A stretch of DNA of 64,000 nucleotides from Bacteroidales bacterium (GTDB taxonomy: Bacteria > Bacteroidota > Bacteroidia > Bacteroidales > UBA7960). Numbering within the stretch: the stretch's first letter is position 1; every line of letters begins with the position of its first letter. The translations under genes were made by a program, and so were the position numbers. Below the pieces are notes generated by a model. It had not been told where the DNA came from and searched no databases. It saw only the letters and a program-made list of their open reading frames with translations. Positions 1 to 9,326 of this stretch are shown here, one piece after another. Location: positions 261 to 64,260 of the forward strand of contig SKVW01000018.1 of assembly GCA_007129255.1 (NCBI GenBank), given 5' to 3'.

Positions 1-1
1 G

Positions 2-1891
2 TATTACTGGCTGGTAAAAGACGAGAACGATTGTGAATTCTCCCTGGACTTTGAAATCGAACAACCGGAGGAACTGATGGCTTCTGTGGATTATGATGAA
101 ATTCTCTGCTTCGGAGAAACCACAGATGTAACGGTAATGGCCGAAGGGGGCACCGGCATCTACAGCCTGTATGATGTGAGCGGTGACGACCCGGTGTTCG
201 TTGATGATTTTGATTCTTCCATTACCCTTGAAGGAATTGGTGCAGATATGTATTACTGGTTAGTGAAAGATGAGAATGAGTGCAGCTTTTCGCTTGAATT
301 TGAAGTGGAAGAACCGGAAGAAATTGTCATCAGTCAGATTGAAACAACCGATATAGAATGTGCCGGCGAAAATACCGGTGAGATCATTGTTACCGCCTAT
401 GGAGGAACCGGCACCCTGATGTATTCCATTGACGGAGAAAATTATCAGGAAAGCAATGTATTTGAAAATCTCTATGCCGGAACCTATACTGTTTATGTTA
501 TGGATGAGAACGAATGTGTTGTTTACCAGGAAGGTGTTGATATTGAAGAAACCATCCCGTTCGATCTTGATATAAGCTGGACCCACGTTACCTGCAATGG
601 TGCCGCAGATGGAACCATTACCGGAACAATTACCGGAGATACGGGCCCTTACAATGTTTGCCTCACTTCCGGATGCGACGGCATGCCCCTGGAAGAAGAC
701 TTTGACCAGCTCAAGGCCCAGGGATTTGTTTTCAATGAGTTGTTGCCCGGCGATTACCTCATTACCGTGACAGATCAGAATGGTTGCACGATCACTGTTT
801 GTGTGACCATTGAAGAGCCCGAAGCTCTTACACTGGAATTGACTGTGGAAAACCTTGAATGCGGCGAAACCCTGGAAGAAGCCTATGTATCAGAATGGGT
901 ATGGTACCGGCAGGGATTGACCAATGCGGGTAATCTACCCGGTGCAGACCGCAGCGATCCCGATCAGGTGATTGGCGAGCCTGAATACGGCGATGTTCCG
1001 GGAACATTCTTCACCCTAGGATTTGGAGGAGAAATGATCGTAAAATTCCCGGCTCCTTTAATCAATGGGCCCGGTGATGACCTCTTCATCGTTGAGACTT
1101 CCTATGGAAACCAAACCTGTGATACCTATCCCGAGAAGGTAGATGTATGGGTTGCCCAATATATTAATGAATCACTCTATACTCCTGTCCAGGAAGAACT
1201 CGATGTACTTGAACTTGATAACTGGATATATATGGGGCAGGGCTGCCTGGATTATGTTTTTGAACTTGGAGATCTGCCCTGGATAAAATATGTATACATG
1301 AAGGATGTGAGTGATCCAAATGATTTTTCCAATTCACAAACCAGTGATGGTTATGATATCAATGGTCTGGTGGCCTTGCATGGCACAGCCGGCGTTACGG
1401 CCGACATCATTTCCTCGGTTTCCGGCGGGGTTGAGCCTTACACCTATTTGTGGAGTACCGGTGATACCACAGCCAACCTTTATGGCGTAGGCGAGGGTAC
1501 ATACTCCCTTATGGTAACCGATGCCAATGACTGTGTTATTGAAGCGAGCATCCTGGTTGAGTGTGATGAAGAAGATAAGGAGGAATACAGTCCGCTCACC
1601 CATGGCAATCCGCTTAATGCCGGAGATGATAAGATTTCCATTGTAGCCTATCCGAATCCCTTTACCAGGGTGGCCAACATTGAGTTTGAACTCGAACAGG
1701 ATGCTCCGGTAACCATAGATCTATACAATATGACCGGAGAAAGAGTGGATATTCTTTTCGAAGGTTATGTGAATGCAAATACAGTGACCAAAGTTAGGTT
1801 TGACGCCAGTTCTTTGCCTAACGGCATCTATTTCTACCGGGTCAACGTTGATCGTAAAACTTTCCTGAACAAATTGATCCTGGCCAGGTAG
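2..1891 (+). CDS. Cell-surface protein with SprB-type repeats and a T9SS (Por) C-terminal sorting domain; 5' end cut by the window edge
   Basis: The frame is open from base 2. The peptide YYWLVKDENDCEFSLDFEIEQPEEL precedes the first Met of ORF 77..1891 and repeats the later YYWLVKDENECSFSLEFEVEEPEEI. Several ~80-aa repeats follow the pattern C.G..TGEI.V.A.GGTG...YS.DG..YQ..N.F.NL.AGTYTVYV.DENGC. The last ~80 aa (YPNPF..IEF..I.LYN..G..V...NGIYFYRV) look like a T9SS sorting domain. Confidence 0.75.
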   Translation, partial: YYWLVKDENDCEFSLDFEIEQPEELMASVDYDEILCFGETTDVTVMAEGGTGIYSLYDVSGDDPVFVDDFDSSITLEGIGADMYYWLVKDENECSFSLEFEVEEPEEIVISQIETTDIECAGENTGEIIVTAYGGTGTLMYSIDGENYQESNVFENLYAGTYTVYVMDENECVVYQEGVDIEETIPFDLDISWTHVTCNGAADGTITGTITGDTGPYNVCLTSGCDGMPLEEDFDQLKAQGFVFNELLPGDYLITVTDQNGCTITVCVTIEEPEALTLELTVENLECGETLEEAYVSEWVWYRQGLTNAGNLPGADRSDPDQVIGEPEYGDVPGTFFTLGFGGEMIVKFPAPLINGPGDDLFIVETSYGNQTCDTYPEKVDVWVAQYINESLYTPVQEELDVLELDNWIYMGQGCLDYVFELGDLPWIKYVYMKDVSDPNDFSNSQTSDGYDINGLVALHGTAGVTADIISSVSGGVEPYTYLWSTGDTTANLYGVGEGTYSLMVTDANDCVIEASILVECDEEDKEEYSPLTHGNPLNAGDDKISIVAYPNPFTRVANIEFELEQDAPVTIDLYNMTGERVDILFEGYVNANTVTKVRFDASSLPNGIYFYRVNVDRKTFLNKLILAR

Positions 1892-1910
1892 TAGCAACAA
1901 TTTGTTGGCA

Positions 1911-1957
1911 AAAAGAAAGGCCGGCAGTTTTCAGCCGGCCTTTCTTTTTTAAAAAAA
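1911..1957. terminator. Bidirectional rho-independent terminator between convergent genes
   Basis: An 11-bp stem, GAAAGGCCGGC (1915-1925) with GCCGGCCTTTC (1934-1944), has an 8-nt loop. It is flanked by an A-run upstream and a T-run then A-run downstream. It lies between the stop codons at 1891 (+) and 1966 (-). Confidence 0.65.
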
Positions 1958-1965
1958 TTTGAGGC

Positions 1966-3525
1966 TTAGTCTACATTGTCGTGAAGGAAAGAATTGTTGG
2001 ACTTGATTTGGGTTTTCTGATCATCTCCATCATTGAGGGTGTATCTGGAAACCTGTGATTCTGAGCTGGAAGGCACCTTGCTCAGGGCCACTTTTCTTCT
2101 TACGAAAGCCGGTTGCTTTTCAAGATCCTCCAGTCCTTCCGGGGTTTTAAGCTTGATGCTCAACTCTCTGAGCCTTTGCTCCCTTTCCTTTATTTTTTTT
2201 TCAAGTTCTGCTTCAGATATAGGATTTCTTGATGGTTCCTGTCTGCGGGATGGCGGTGAATCTTTACCGGCTTCATCGGCTCCGTCCTCTGTGGGGCTTT
2301 GTTTTTCGGGATTGTTACCGTCAAATTCAAAAATATAATTGGCTGAACCGGGATTCTTTTCTTTTTGCAAATCCTTTTCTGATTCCGATGATTCTGATTC
2401 TGATCTGGCTTTATTCCGGGTAGTCAGTTTCATTCCCTCCAGCTCTTCAGGAAGTTTCTTTTCCTTTTCTTTAGAACTTTCCCCCAGGTGTTCGTCTAAT
2501 TTCAAAACTTTTTTCCTGGCGGGCTGCTTTTCCAAATCGTAACCAAGGGTACTGCTTTCGCCAAATCCTGTGGCAACAAGGGTTACATTAATGCTGTTTC
2601 CCAGAGATTCATCCTTGCCGAGTCCCCATATGATCTCGGCGGTGCTCCCGGCTTCGGTTTGAATGTATTCGGTAATTTCAGTGATCTCGTCCATGAGGAT
2701 CTCTTCTTTACCGCTGGTAATATTTAAAAGAATGTTGTTGGCACCGGTAATGTTGTTGTCGTTAAGCAAGGGAGAGATCAATGCCATCTCAACGGCTTTG
2801 GTTGCCCTGTCTTCTCCTTCAGCCTGTCCGCTTCCCATTATGGCTACCCCACTATTGGACATTACGGTTTTAACATCGGCAAAATCCACATTGATATTGC
2901 CGGTCAGGGTAATGATCTCGGCAATTCCTTTGGCAGCCGTGGTCAGCACATTATCCGCCCTGGCAAAAGCATCGCTGACCGAAAGGTTTCCGAACAACTC
3001 GCGCAGGCGGTCGTTGCAAATCACCAGCAAGGTATCCACATTTTCTTTTAGCTCTTTGATGCCTTCTTCGGCTTGCTGCTTTCTTTTGCGGCCTTCAAAG
3101 GAAAAAGGCAGGGTAACGATTCCCACCGTAAGGATGCCCAGTTCTTTGGAGGCTTTGGCCAGCACCGGAGCGGCACCCGTGCCGGTACCTCCCCCCATGC
3201 CCGCGGTGATAAAAAGCATTTTGGTGTTTTTCTCCAAAAGCTCTTTGATCTTGTCAATGTCTTCTATGGCAGCGTTTTTTCCAACTTCAGGGATGCTTCC
3301 CGCACCCCTGCCTTCGGTTAGGCTAATTCCCAACTGAATCTTGTTGGGTACAGGACTTAACTCCAGCGCCTGACTGTCGGTGTTGCAAACGATAAAGTCA
3401 ACCCCTTCAATACCCTGGCGGAACATATGATTTACCGCGTTGCTGCCACCTCCTCCAACACCAAATACTTTGATGATGGATGATTGGTTTTTTGGCAGGT
3501 CAAATTTTATCATGTCTTTGGTCAT
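1966..3525 (-). CDS. ftsZ: Cell division protein FtsZ (519 aa, long C-terminal linker)
   Basis: It has GVGGGGSNAVNHM and the tubulin signature GMGGGTGTGAAPV. It is the last gene of the dcw cluster. The C-terminus ends in NSFLHDNVD after a long E/K/S-rich linker. Confidence 0.97.
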   Translation of the reverse strand: MTKDMIKFDLPKNQSSIIKVFGVGGGGSNAVNHMFRQGIEGVDFIVCNTDSQALELSPVPNKIQLGISLTEGRGAGSIPEVGKNAAIEDIDKIKELLEKNTKMLFITAGMGGGTGTGAAPVLAKASKELGILTVGIVTLPFSFEGRKRKQQAEEGIKELKENVDTLLVICNDRLRELFGNLSVSDAFARADNVLTTAAKGIAEIITLTGNINVDFADVKTVMSNSGVAIMGSGQAEGEDRATKAVEMALISPLLNDNNITGANNILLNITSGKEEILMDEITEITEYIQTEAGSTAEIIWGLGKDESLGNSINVTLVATGFGESSTLGYDLEKQPARKKVLKLDEHLGESSKEKEKKLPEELEGMKLTTRNKARSESESSESEKDLQKEKNPGSANYIFEFDGNNPEKQSPTEDGADEAGKDSPPSRRQEPSRNPISEAELEKKIKEREQRLRELSIKLKTPEGLEDLEKQPAFVRRKVALSKVPSSSESQVSRYTLNDGDDQKTQIKSNNSFLHDNVD

Positions 3526-3577
3526 ATTTTTCTGGTTTTGAAGGTAAATATTTAAATAAAATGCGGTTTATTTAGGA

Positions 3578-3617
3578 CAGGGTTTTTATTAACATCTTCC
3601 TGTTGATAAAAACCCTG
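3578..3617 (-). other. Perfect 12-bp stem hairpin in the ftsA-ftsZ intergenic region
   Basis: CAGGGTTTTTAT (3578-3589) pairs with ATAAAAACCCTG (3606-3617) around a 16-nt loop. It starts 6 nt after the ftsA stop codon and sits about 50 nt upstream of the ftsZ ATG. No U-run follows it on the minus strand. Confidence 0.5.
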
Positions 3618-3622
3618 CTTTA

Positions 3623-4894
3623 TCAGGTGTTCCCATCTTTTTCAAAAAATTCGATGCCTTTGGTAAATAACTTTTCAAAGAATGAACTATTATTTTTTCC
3701 GGATTTGTTACCTCCGCTTTCGCGTCTGATCCTCTGGCGCTCGGTGTTTTGAAAACCTTTGATCACCAATCCTATCCCTGTGGCATGCATAGGGCTTCCA
3801 ACTTCTCCTGCCGGTGATTTGGCCAGGTGCTCATTGGGATAACCAATGCGGGTATCCATTCCGGTTATGAATTCGGTTAGCTGGGCCACATGTTTTAACT
3901 GGCTACCTCCCCCGGTCAGCACGATCCCGGCAATAAGTTTTTTTTCAAAACCGGAAGTTTTGATCTCGTAATACACGTGTTCGATGATCTCTTCCATACG
4001 GGCCTGAATGATATGGGCCAGGTTGCGCAGTGATATTTCCTTGGGCTCCCGTCCTTTCAACCCGGGAATGGAAACAATCTCTTCGTCTTTGTTTTCGCTT
4101 GCCAGGGCCGATCCAAAAGTCTTTTTCAGGGCTTCGGCCTGGGTACGGATGATAGAACAACCTTCTTTTATATCGTCGGTAATCACATTTCCTCCAAGGG
4201 GGATCACTGCGGTATGGCGGATAATGTCATCCTGGAAAATGGCCAGATCGGTAGTACCCCCACCGATGTCCACCAATACCACCCCGGCTTCTTTTTCTTC
4301 TTCGCTCAACACAGCTTCAGCCGATGCCAAAGGCTCCAGGATCATCTCTGATATTTCAAGGCCTCCTTTGGTAACGCATTTCTCAATATTTTTGGCTGCT
4401 GCCACCTTGCCGGTAATAATGTGAAAGTTTGCTTCCAGGCAATTCCCGGACATACCAATAGGGTGTCTTATCCCTTGCTGGTTGTCGATAATAAATTCCT
4501 GGGGGATCACATGAATGATCTCTTCTCCGGGAGGAAGGGCCAGCTTAAACATGTTTTCGGTGAGGTCCTGTATGTCTGTCTCCGCGATTTCCTCCTCAAT
4601 GGTATTGCGCATAATGTTTCCCCTATGCTGCAAACTGCGGATATGCTGGCCGGCAATACCTACATTCACTACCTTGATCTCTACTCCCGAACCATTGCTG
4701 GCTTCGTTGACTGCTTTCCGGATGGAGTCAACGGTATGCTGAATGTTTTCTACCACACCCCGGTTAACCCCAAGGGAGTCGGCCCGGCCAAGGCCCAGGA
4801 TTTCTACTTTGCCGTATTCGTTTTTTCGGCCTACGATACAGGCAATCTTGGTTGAACCAATATCCAATCCGACAATTATTTCTGAGGTTTCCAT
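3623..4894 (-). CDS. ftsA: Cell division protein FtsA (actin-like ATPase)
   Basis: Phosphate-binding motifs VGLDIGSTKIACIVG and LVDIGGGTTDLAIF, plus VLTGGGSQL. It lies between ftsQ and ftsZ. Confidence 0.95.
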   Translation of the reverse strand: METSEIIVGLDIGSTKIACIVGRKNEYGKVEILGLGRADSLGVNRGVVENIQHTVDSIRKAVNEASNGSGVEIKVVNVGIAGQHIRSLQHRGNIMRNTIEEEIAETDIQDLTENMFKLALPPGEEIIHVIPQEFIIDNQQGIRHPIGMSGNCLEANFHIITGKVAAAKNIEKCVTKGGLEISEMILEPLASAEAVLSEEEKEAGVVLVDIGGGTTDLAIFQDDIIRHTAVIPLGGNVITDDIKEGCSIIRTQAEALKKTFGSALASENKDEEIVSIPGLKGREPKEISLRNLAHIIQARMEEIIEHVYYEIKTSGFEKKLIAGIVLTGGGSQLKHVAQLTEFITGMDTRIGYPNEHLAKSPAGEVGSPMHATGIGLVIKGFQNTERQRIRRESGGNKSGKNNSSFFEKLFTKGIEFFEKDGNT

Positions 4895-4901
4895 AACGAT
4901 T

Positions 4902-5693
4902 TTATTTTGAACAAACTACCTGGTTACTAAATTTTAAATTAATTCTGTTGTAATGGTACCAACCCACCCGGGTCAGGCCATTTTGATAAAATACCATAAG
5001 TTTTCTGAACTTTTCCTCCATCTGGTCTATCCCGCCAAACTCAATAACGTGAACTGCATTTTTGGGGATCAATTCAAATTCCCCGTTTGGCAAAACAGCA
5101 ATATGGTCAATGAAAGCATTCCAGAACTTATGGTCGTTAATAAAGGAAGCCAACTGATAAAGGTTGCGCATGGTTTTTTCGGAAGCAGACAGCTTTTCCG
5201 GGTTTTTCTCCTTACTGAGGTCAGTTCCGGGGGAATAGGGCAAATGAATATTTCCGGTAGCAACCTTTACTCTTGCTGTATAATTGGAATTCATAGGCAA
5301 CAACCTTCCCTCCCGGTCAATGTAGTAGCTCTGATTTTGACGATTGATGACCCTTAACATGGGTTGCCGCTGCGATACATTAACCCTGATCTCCCCATCG
5401 ATGGTACGGTAAATATGGGCATTCTGAGCATAAGGAATTCCTTCCACAATGCTTTTAATGTCTTTAAGCAGTCCGTTATTTACTGTTCGTCCTTCAATCG
5501 TATCCACCAGACTGTAAATTTTATTCCTGACCTCATCTGCTGAAATAAAGTCATGCCCGCAGCTTTTGTTTACATTCACCACAAATTTCTGACAGGGAAT
5601 ATTTTTATTTGATTCAACCGCAAATCCCAGCAGCAGAAACATCCCAACAGCCAGGGCTATGATAAAGAGAATATGTGCGATTTTTTTTATCAT
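4902..5693 (-). CDS. ftsQ: Cell division protein FtsQ (single TM plus POTRA-like domain)
   Basis: It has an N-terminal TM helix (IAHILFIIALAVGMFLLLGFAV) and is 263 aa. It lies between murC and ftsA, and its ATG overlaps the murC stop (ATGA). Confidence 0.8.
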   Translation of the reverse strand: MIKKIAHILFIIALAVGMFLLLGFAVESNKNIPCQKFVVNVNKSCGHDFISADEVRNKIYSLVDTIEGRTVNNGLLKDIKSIVEGIPYAQNAHIYRTIDGEIRVNVSQRQPMLRVINRQNQSYYIDREGRLLPMNSNYTARVKVATGNIHLPYSPGTDLSKEKNPEKLSASEKTMRNLYQLASFINDHKFWNAFIDHIAVLPNGEFELIPKNAVHVIEFGGIDQMEEKFRKLMVFYQNGLTRVGWYHYNRINLKFSNQVVCSK

Positions 5694-7051
5694 GACATAT
5701 GGCGTTTTTTAAGAAGTTCTACAATGGGTTGCTGAAAACGGTCAATATCTCCCGCACCAAGGGTAAGCAACACTTCCGGGTGCATTTTTTCCAGTTCTGA
5801 CAAAAGCTCTTCTCTTTTAACCAGTTTTTTATTTTGCAGGGGAATTTTTTCCAGCAGGGCTTCGGAACTAACCCCTTTGATGGGCAACTCCCTTGCAGGA
5901 TAAATCTCCAGTAAAATCAATTCATCAAGCAATGCAAGGCTTTCGGCAAACTGCTTTTCAAGGTCCCTTGTACGGGAAAAAAGATGGGGCTGAAAAATGC
6001 CGGTTACTTTTTTGTCCGGATAAAGCTCTTTAACGGCAGAGATTGTTGCTTTCAGCTCTTCCGGATGATGGGCATAATCATCAATATATATGATTTGGGA
6101 AGACTTGAAACAGTTTTCAAACCGGCGTTTTACGCCCATGAACGAATTCAGCCCTCGTGCAATGTCTTTCTTGCCGGCACCGGCAAGCCTTGCAAGGGCA
6201 GCTGCTGCCAATGCATTTTCAACGTTGTGCCTTCCCGCTGAGCCCAACGGAAGGTTTTCTATATTTAATTTTCCTTCAAAATTCACCACATACATGCCGT
6301 CTTCCACCCGGATGCCTGAAGCTGAAAAATCAGCAGGCAGTGAAAGGTGGTAATGCATTAATTTCTCTTTAAAACCTTCCGGTTCCTTCAGTCCTTTTTT
6401 CAGAAGCAGGGTGCCTCCGGGTTTTATATTTTTAGCAAAAAGGGAAAAAGATTCCTGCAGGTGCGATTCCGACTTGTAAACATCAAGGTGGTCGGCATCC
6501 ATGGAAGTAATAACAGCGAGCTCAGGGCGAAGATGAAGGAAAGAGCGATCGTATTCATCGGCTTCGATCACCATCCAGCGCGGATCTGAAGAGCCCAGGT
6601 AATTGCTGTTATAATTGGTCAGTATGCCACCAAGGAATGCGATGCAGCGAATGTCAGCTGTTTTCAGAATGTGTGCCACCATAGCGCTTACAGTGGTTTT
6701 ACCATGTGTGCCTGCCACGGCAATGGTTGGGGTACCTGAAGAGATCATCCCCAGTACTTCTGCCCGTTTCTTTATGGGAATATTTTGATTCGAAAGATGC
6801 TGGAAAAGGCTTGTGGATGAGGGAACTGCAGGAGTGTAGATGACCAGCTGAACCGAATCCGGCACCAGGACCGGGTCGTCTTCGTAATGCACATCAATGC
6901 CTTCTTCCTGCAACTGCTTGGTGAGTGGGGAAGGCGTTTTGTCATAGCCGCTGACCCTAACCCCCCGGGTATAAAAATACCTGGCCAGGGCGCTCATACC
7001 AATGCCGCCTATGCCCAAAAAGTAGATATTTTTTATACCGTCAATATTCAT
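5690..7051 (-). CDS. murC: UDP-N-acetylmuramate--L-alanine ligase
   Basis: Motifs FLGIGGIGMSALARY, the Mur ligase P-loop AGTHGKTT, and DDYAHHP. Confidence 0.95.
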   Translation of the reverse strand: MNIDGIKNIYFLGIGGIGMSALARYFYTRGVRVSGYDKTPSPLTKQLQEEGIDVHYEDDPVLVPDSVQLVIYTPAVPSSTSLFQHLSNQNIPIKKRAEVLGMISSGTPTIAVAGTHGKTTVSAMVAHILKTADIRCIAFLGGILTNYNSNYLGSSDPRWMVIEADEYDRSFLHLRPELAVITSMDADHLDVYKSESHLQESFSLFAKNIKPGGTLLLKKGLKEPEGFKEKLMHYHLSLPADFSASGIRVEDGMYVVNFEGKLNIENLPLGSAGRHNVENALAAAALARLAGAGKKDIARGLNSFMGVKRRFENCFKSSQIIYIDDYAHHPEELKATISAVKELYPDKKVTGIFQPHLFSRTRDLEKQFAESLALLDELILLEIYPARELPIKGVSSEALLEKIPLQNKKLVKREELLSELEKMHPEVLLTLGAGDIDRFQQPIVELLKKRHMS

Positions 7052-7060
7052 AATAATTTC

Positions 7061-8182
7061 TCAATTTACAAGGCTTAGCACCACTCCTGCAATTTTATCT
7101 GCCGCATCCCGGTATGAAAGTCCCGCCATTTTTTCCCTGAACCGATGCTTCTTTTCTTCATCATGGATCAGATCCATCACCACAGGACCCAGCTGCTCGG
7201 GAACGTCCCGGTCATTGATCAGAATGGCCGCATGATGATTCACCAGTGCCATGGCATTTTTGGTCTGATGATCTTCGGCAGCCGAAGGCAGGGGAACCAG
7301 TACTGCCGGTTTTTTTACCGCACAGATTTCCGAAACGGCAATGGCACCTGCCCGGCTTATTACCGCATCACAAACTGCATAAGCGTAATCCATCCGGTCA
7401 ATGAATTCCTTTACGCAAACTCCAAACTTTTCCAGACCCTGTGTTTGCTCCAGTGCAGTCTGGTAGTAAGGCCTTCCTGTTTGCCACAACACCTGGATGT
7501 CGTTAAACAGGAACAGCCTGAGGTTGGCACTCAGACCCTGGTTGATCGATCTTGCACCCTGGCTTCCGCCGGTTACCAGCAGGATGGGTTTATCGGGGGA
7601 TAGCCCGAAAAACTCCAGTCCTTTTTTATATTTGCCTTCCAGACTGATGATATCCTGTCGTACCGGGTTTCCGGTAAGAAAGATCCTGGATTTCGGGAAA
7701 AAGCGTTCCATCCCTTCATAGGCCACACAGATCTTATCGGCTTTTTTTCCCAGGATGCGGTTGGTAAGGCCGGGATAGGAATTTTGCTCCTGGATAAGGG
7801 TGGGTACCTTTTGTTTTGAAGCCGCCCTAACCATAGGAGCGCTGGCATAGCCGCCCACCCCGATCACCACATCGGGCTTAAACCTTTTGACGATATTTTT
7901 TGCTCTGATCATGCTGTCAATTAGTTTAAAGGGCACCAAAAAGTTTTTCCAGGTCAGCCTGCGCTGAATTCCAGCAATGTTTAACCCGATAATGTGAAAG
8001 CCTGCAGCCGGAACTTTTTTCATTTCCATGCGGCCTTTGGCTCCGACAAAAAGGATTTTTGCATTGTATACTTTCTTTTTCAGAGCCAGGGCAATGGCAA
8101 TGGCCGGGAAGACGTGCCCCCCGGTACCTCCGCCGGCAATAATCACCTTCAGGGGTTCAGGCTGTTGCGAGTTTGTTGCCAT
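7061..8182 (-). CDS. murG: Undecaprenyldiphospho-muramoylpentapeptide beta-N-acetylglucosaminyltransferase
   Basis: Motifs IIAGGGTGGHVFPAIAIA and TGGSQGA. I prefer the ATG at 8182 (MATNSQQ...) over the GTG at 8215, which lies deep inside the ftsW 3' end. Confidence 0.92.
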   Translation of the reverse strand: MATNSQQPEPLKVIIAGGGTGGHVFPAIAIALALKKKVYNAKILFVGAKGRMEMKKVPAAGFHIIGLNIAGIQRRLTWKNFLVPFKLIDSMIRAKNIVKRFKPDVVIGVGGYASAPMVRAASKQKVPTLIQEQNSYPGLTNRILGKKADKICVAYEGMERFFPKSRIFLTGNPVRQDIISLEGKYKKGLEFFGLSPDKPILLVTGGSQGARSINQGLSANLRLFLFNDIQVLWQTGRPYYQTALEQTQGLEKFGVCVKEFIDRMDYAYAVCDAVISRAGAIAVSEICAVKKPAVLVPLPSAAEDHQTKNAMALVNHHAAILINDRDVPEQLGPVVMDLIHDEEKKHRFREKMAGLSYRDAADKIAGVVLSLVN

Positions 8183-9311
8183 ATTCCTGGTTTTCTTCAA
8201 TTTTTCTACTGACACTTAAAATAATCCCTATTGCCAGGCTGGTAAACCAAAGGGAAGTTCCTCCCATGCTTACCAGTGGCAGGGGTTGTCCGGTAACCGG
8301 GAGCAGATTGACCGCCACGGCCATGTTTACCATGGCCTGGAAAACCAGGCTGAAACTAAGGCCTGCGGCCAGTAGCGCCCCGAAAGTTCCGGGACTTTTA
8401 TGGGCAATACGAACCCCACGATACAATAACATCAGGTACAACATAAGTACTACAAACCCACCCACCAGGCCATATTCCTCAATGATGATGGCAAAAATAA
8501 AATCTGAATAGGCGTGAGGCAGAAAATTCCTTTGCGTGGAGTTGCCGGGCAGTTTTCCGAAAATGCCACCGGATGCAATGGCAATTTTAGCCTGGTCCGC
8601 CTGGTAGGTATCATTGTTTTCTTTGTTAAGGTGGGTGTCTATTCTGTTTTTCCAGGTATGCACCCTGCCGGTGTCCGGCATGTTAATCACGATGGCCACA
8701 AAAATAAAGGCAGCCATAAGCCCGATTCCCACCATGGCCATAATGTATTTGAAGCTGACCCTGCCAATAAACATCAGCACCACGCAGGTGGTAAACAATA
8801 CCGCTGCAGTGGAAAAATTGGCCGGAAGGATCAACCCGCAGATGATCACCACCGGCAGGATAACCGGCATAAAAGCCGACTGAAAATCCTTTATGGAATC
8901 CTGCTTTTTGGTAAGCAGCCTGGCCAGGTACATGATGATAGCCAGCTTGGCAAAATCCGAGCTTTGAAAGCTGATGTTGATAATGGGAAGGGTAAGCCAG
9001 CGATTGGCTTCGTTGATGGTGGTTCCCCTGAATAAGGTAATAAACAGCAGGGGAATAGCAATATATACAGCCAGTTGCGACAACCTGGAATAATGTGTGT
9101 ATTTGATTTTATGGGCCAGAAACATCAATCCAAGTCCAAAAATCATGATGATGAGGTGCTTAAATATGTAGTACTCGGTATTGCCAGCCCTGTAGCGATA
9201 GGCAAGGGTGCCCGTACTGCTGTATACTGCCAGCAGGGAGATCATTGAAAGGATGATCACAATGATCCAGATGGTTCGGTCGCCTTTTATTTTATCCAGT
9301 AGCGTTGTCAT
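8157..9311 (-). CDS. ftsW: SEDS-family peptidoglycan glycosyltransferase FtsW
   Basis: Polytopic membrane protein with the FtsW/RodA-type C-terminal motif LPVTGQPLPLVSMGGTSL. It lies between murD and murG. Confidence 0.9.
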   Translation of the reverse strand: MTTLLDKIKGDRTIWIIVIILSMISLLAVYSSTGTLAYRYRAGNTEYYIFKHLIIMIFGLGLMFLAHKIKYTHYSRLSQLAVYIAIPLLFITLFRGTTINEANRWLTLPIINISFQSSDFAKLAIIMYLARLLTKKQDSIKDFQSAFMPVILPVVIICGLILPANFSTAAVLFTTCVVLMFIGRVSFKYIMAMVGIGLMAAFIFVAIVINMPDTGRVHTWKNRIDTHLNKENNDTYQADQAKIAIASGGIFGKLPGNSTQRNFLPHAYSDFIFAIIIEEYGLVGGFVVLMLYLMLLYRGVRIAHKSPGTFGALLAAGLSFSLVFQAMVNMAVAVNLLPVTGQPLPLVSMGGTSLWFTSLAIGIILSVSRKIEENQEYGNKLATA

Positions 9312-9326
9312 TATGGGTTGTATTTT

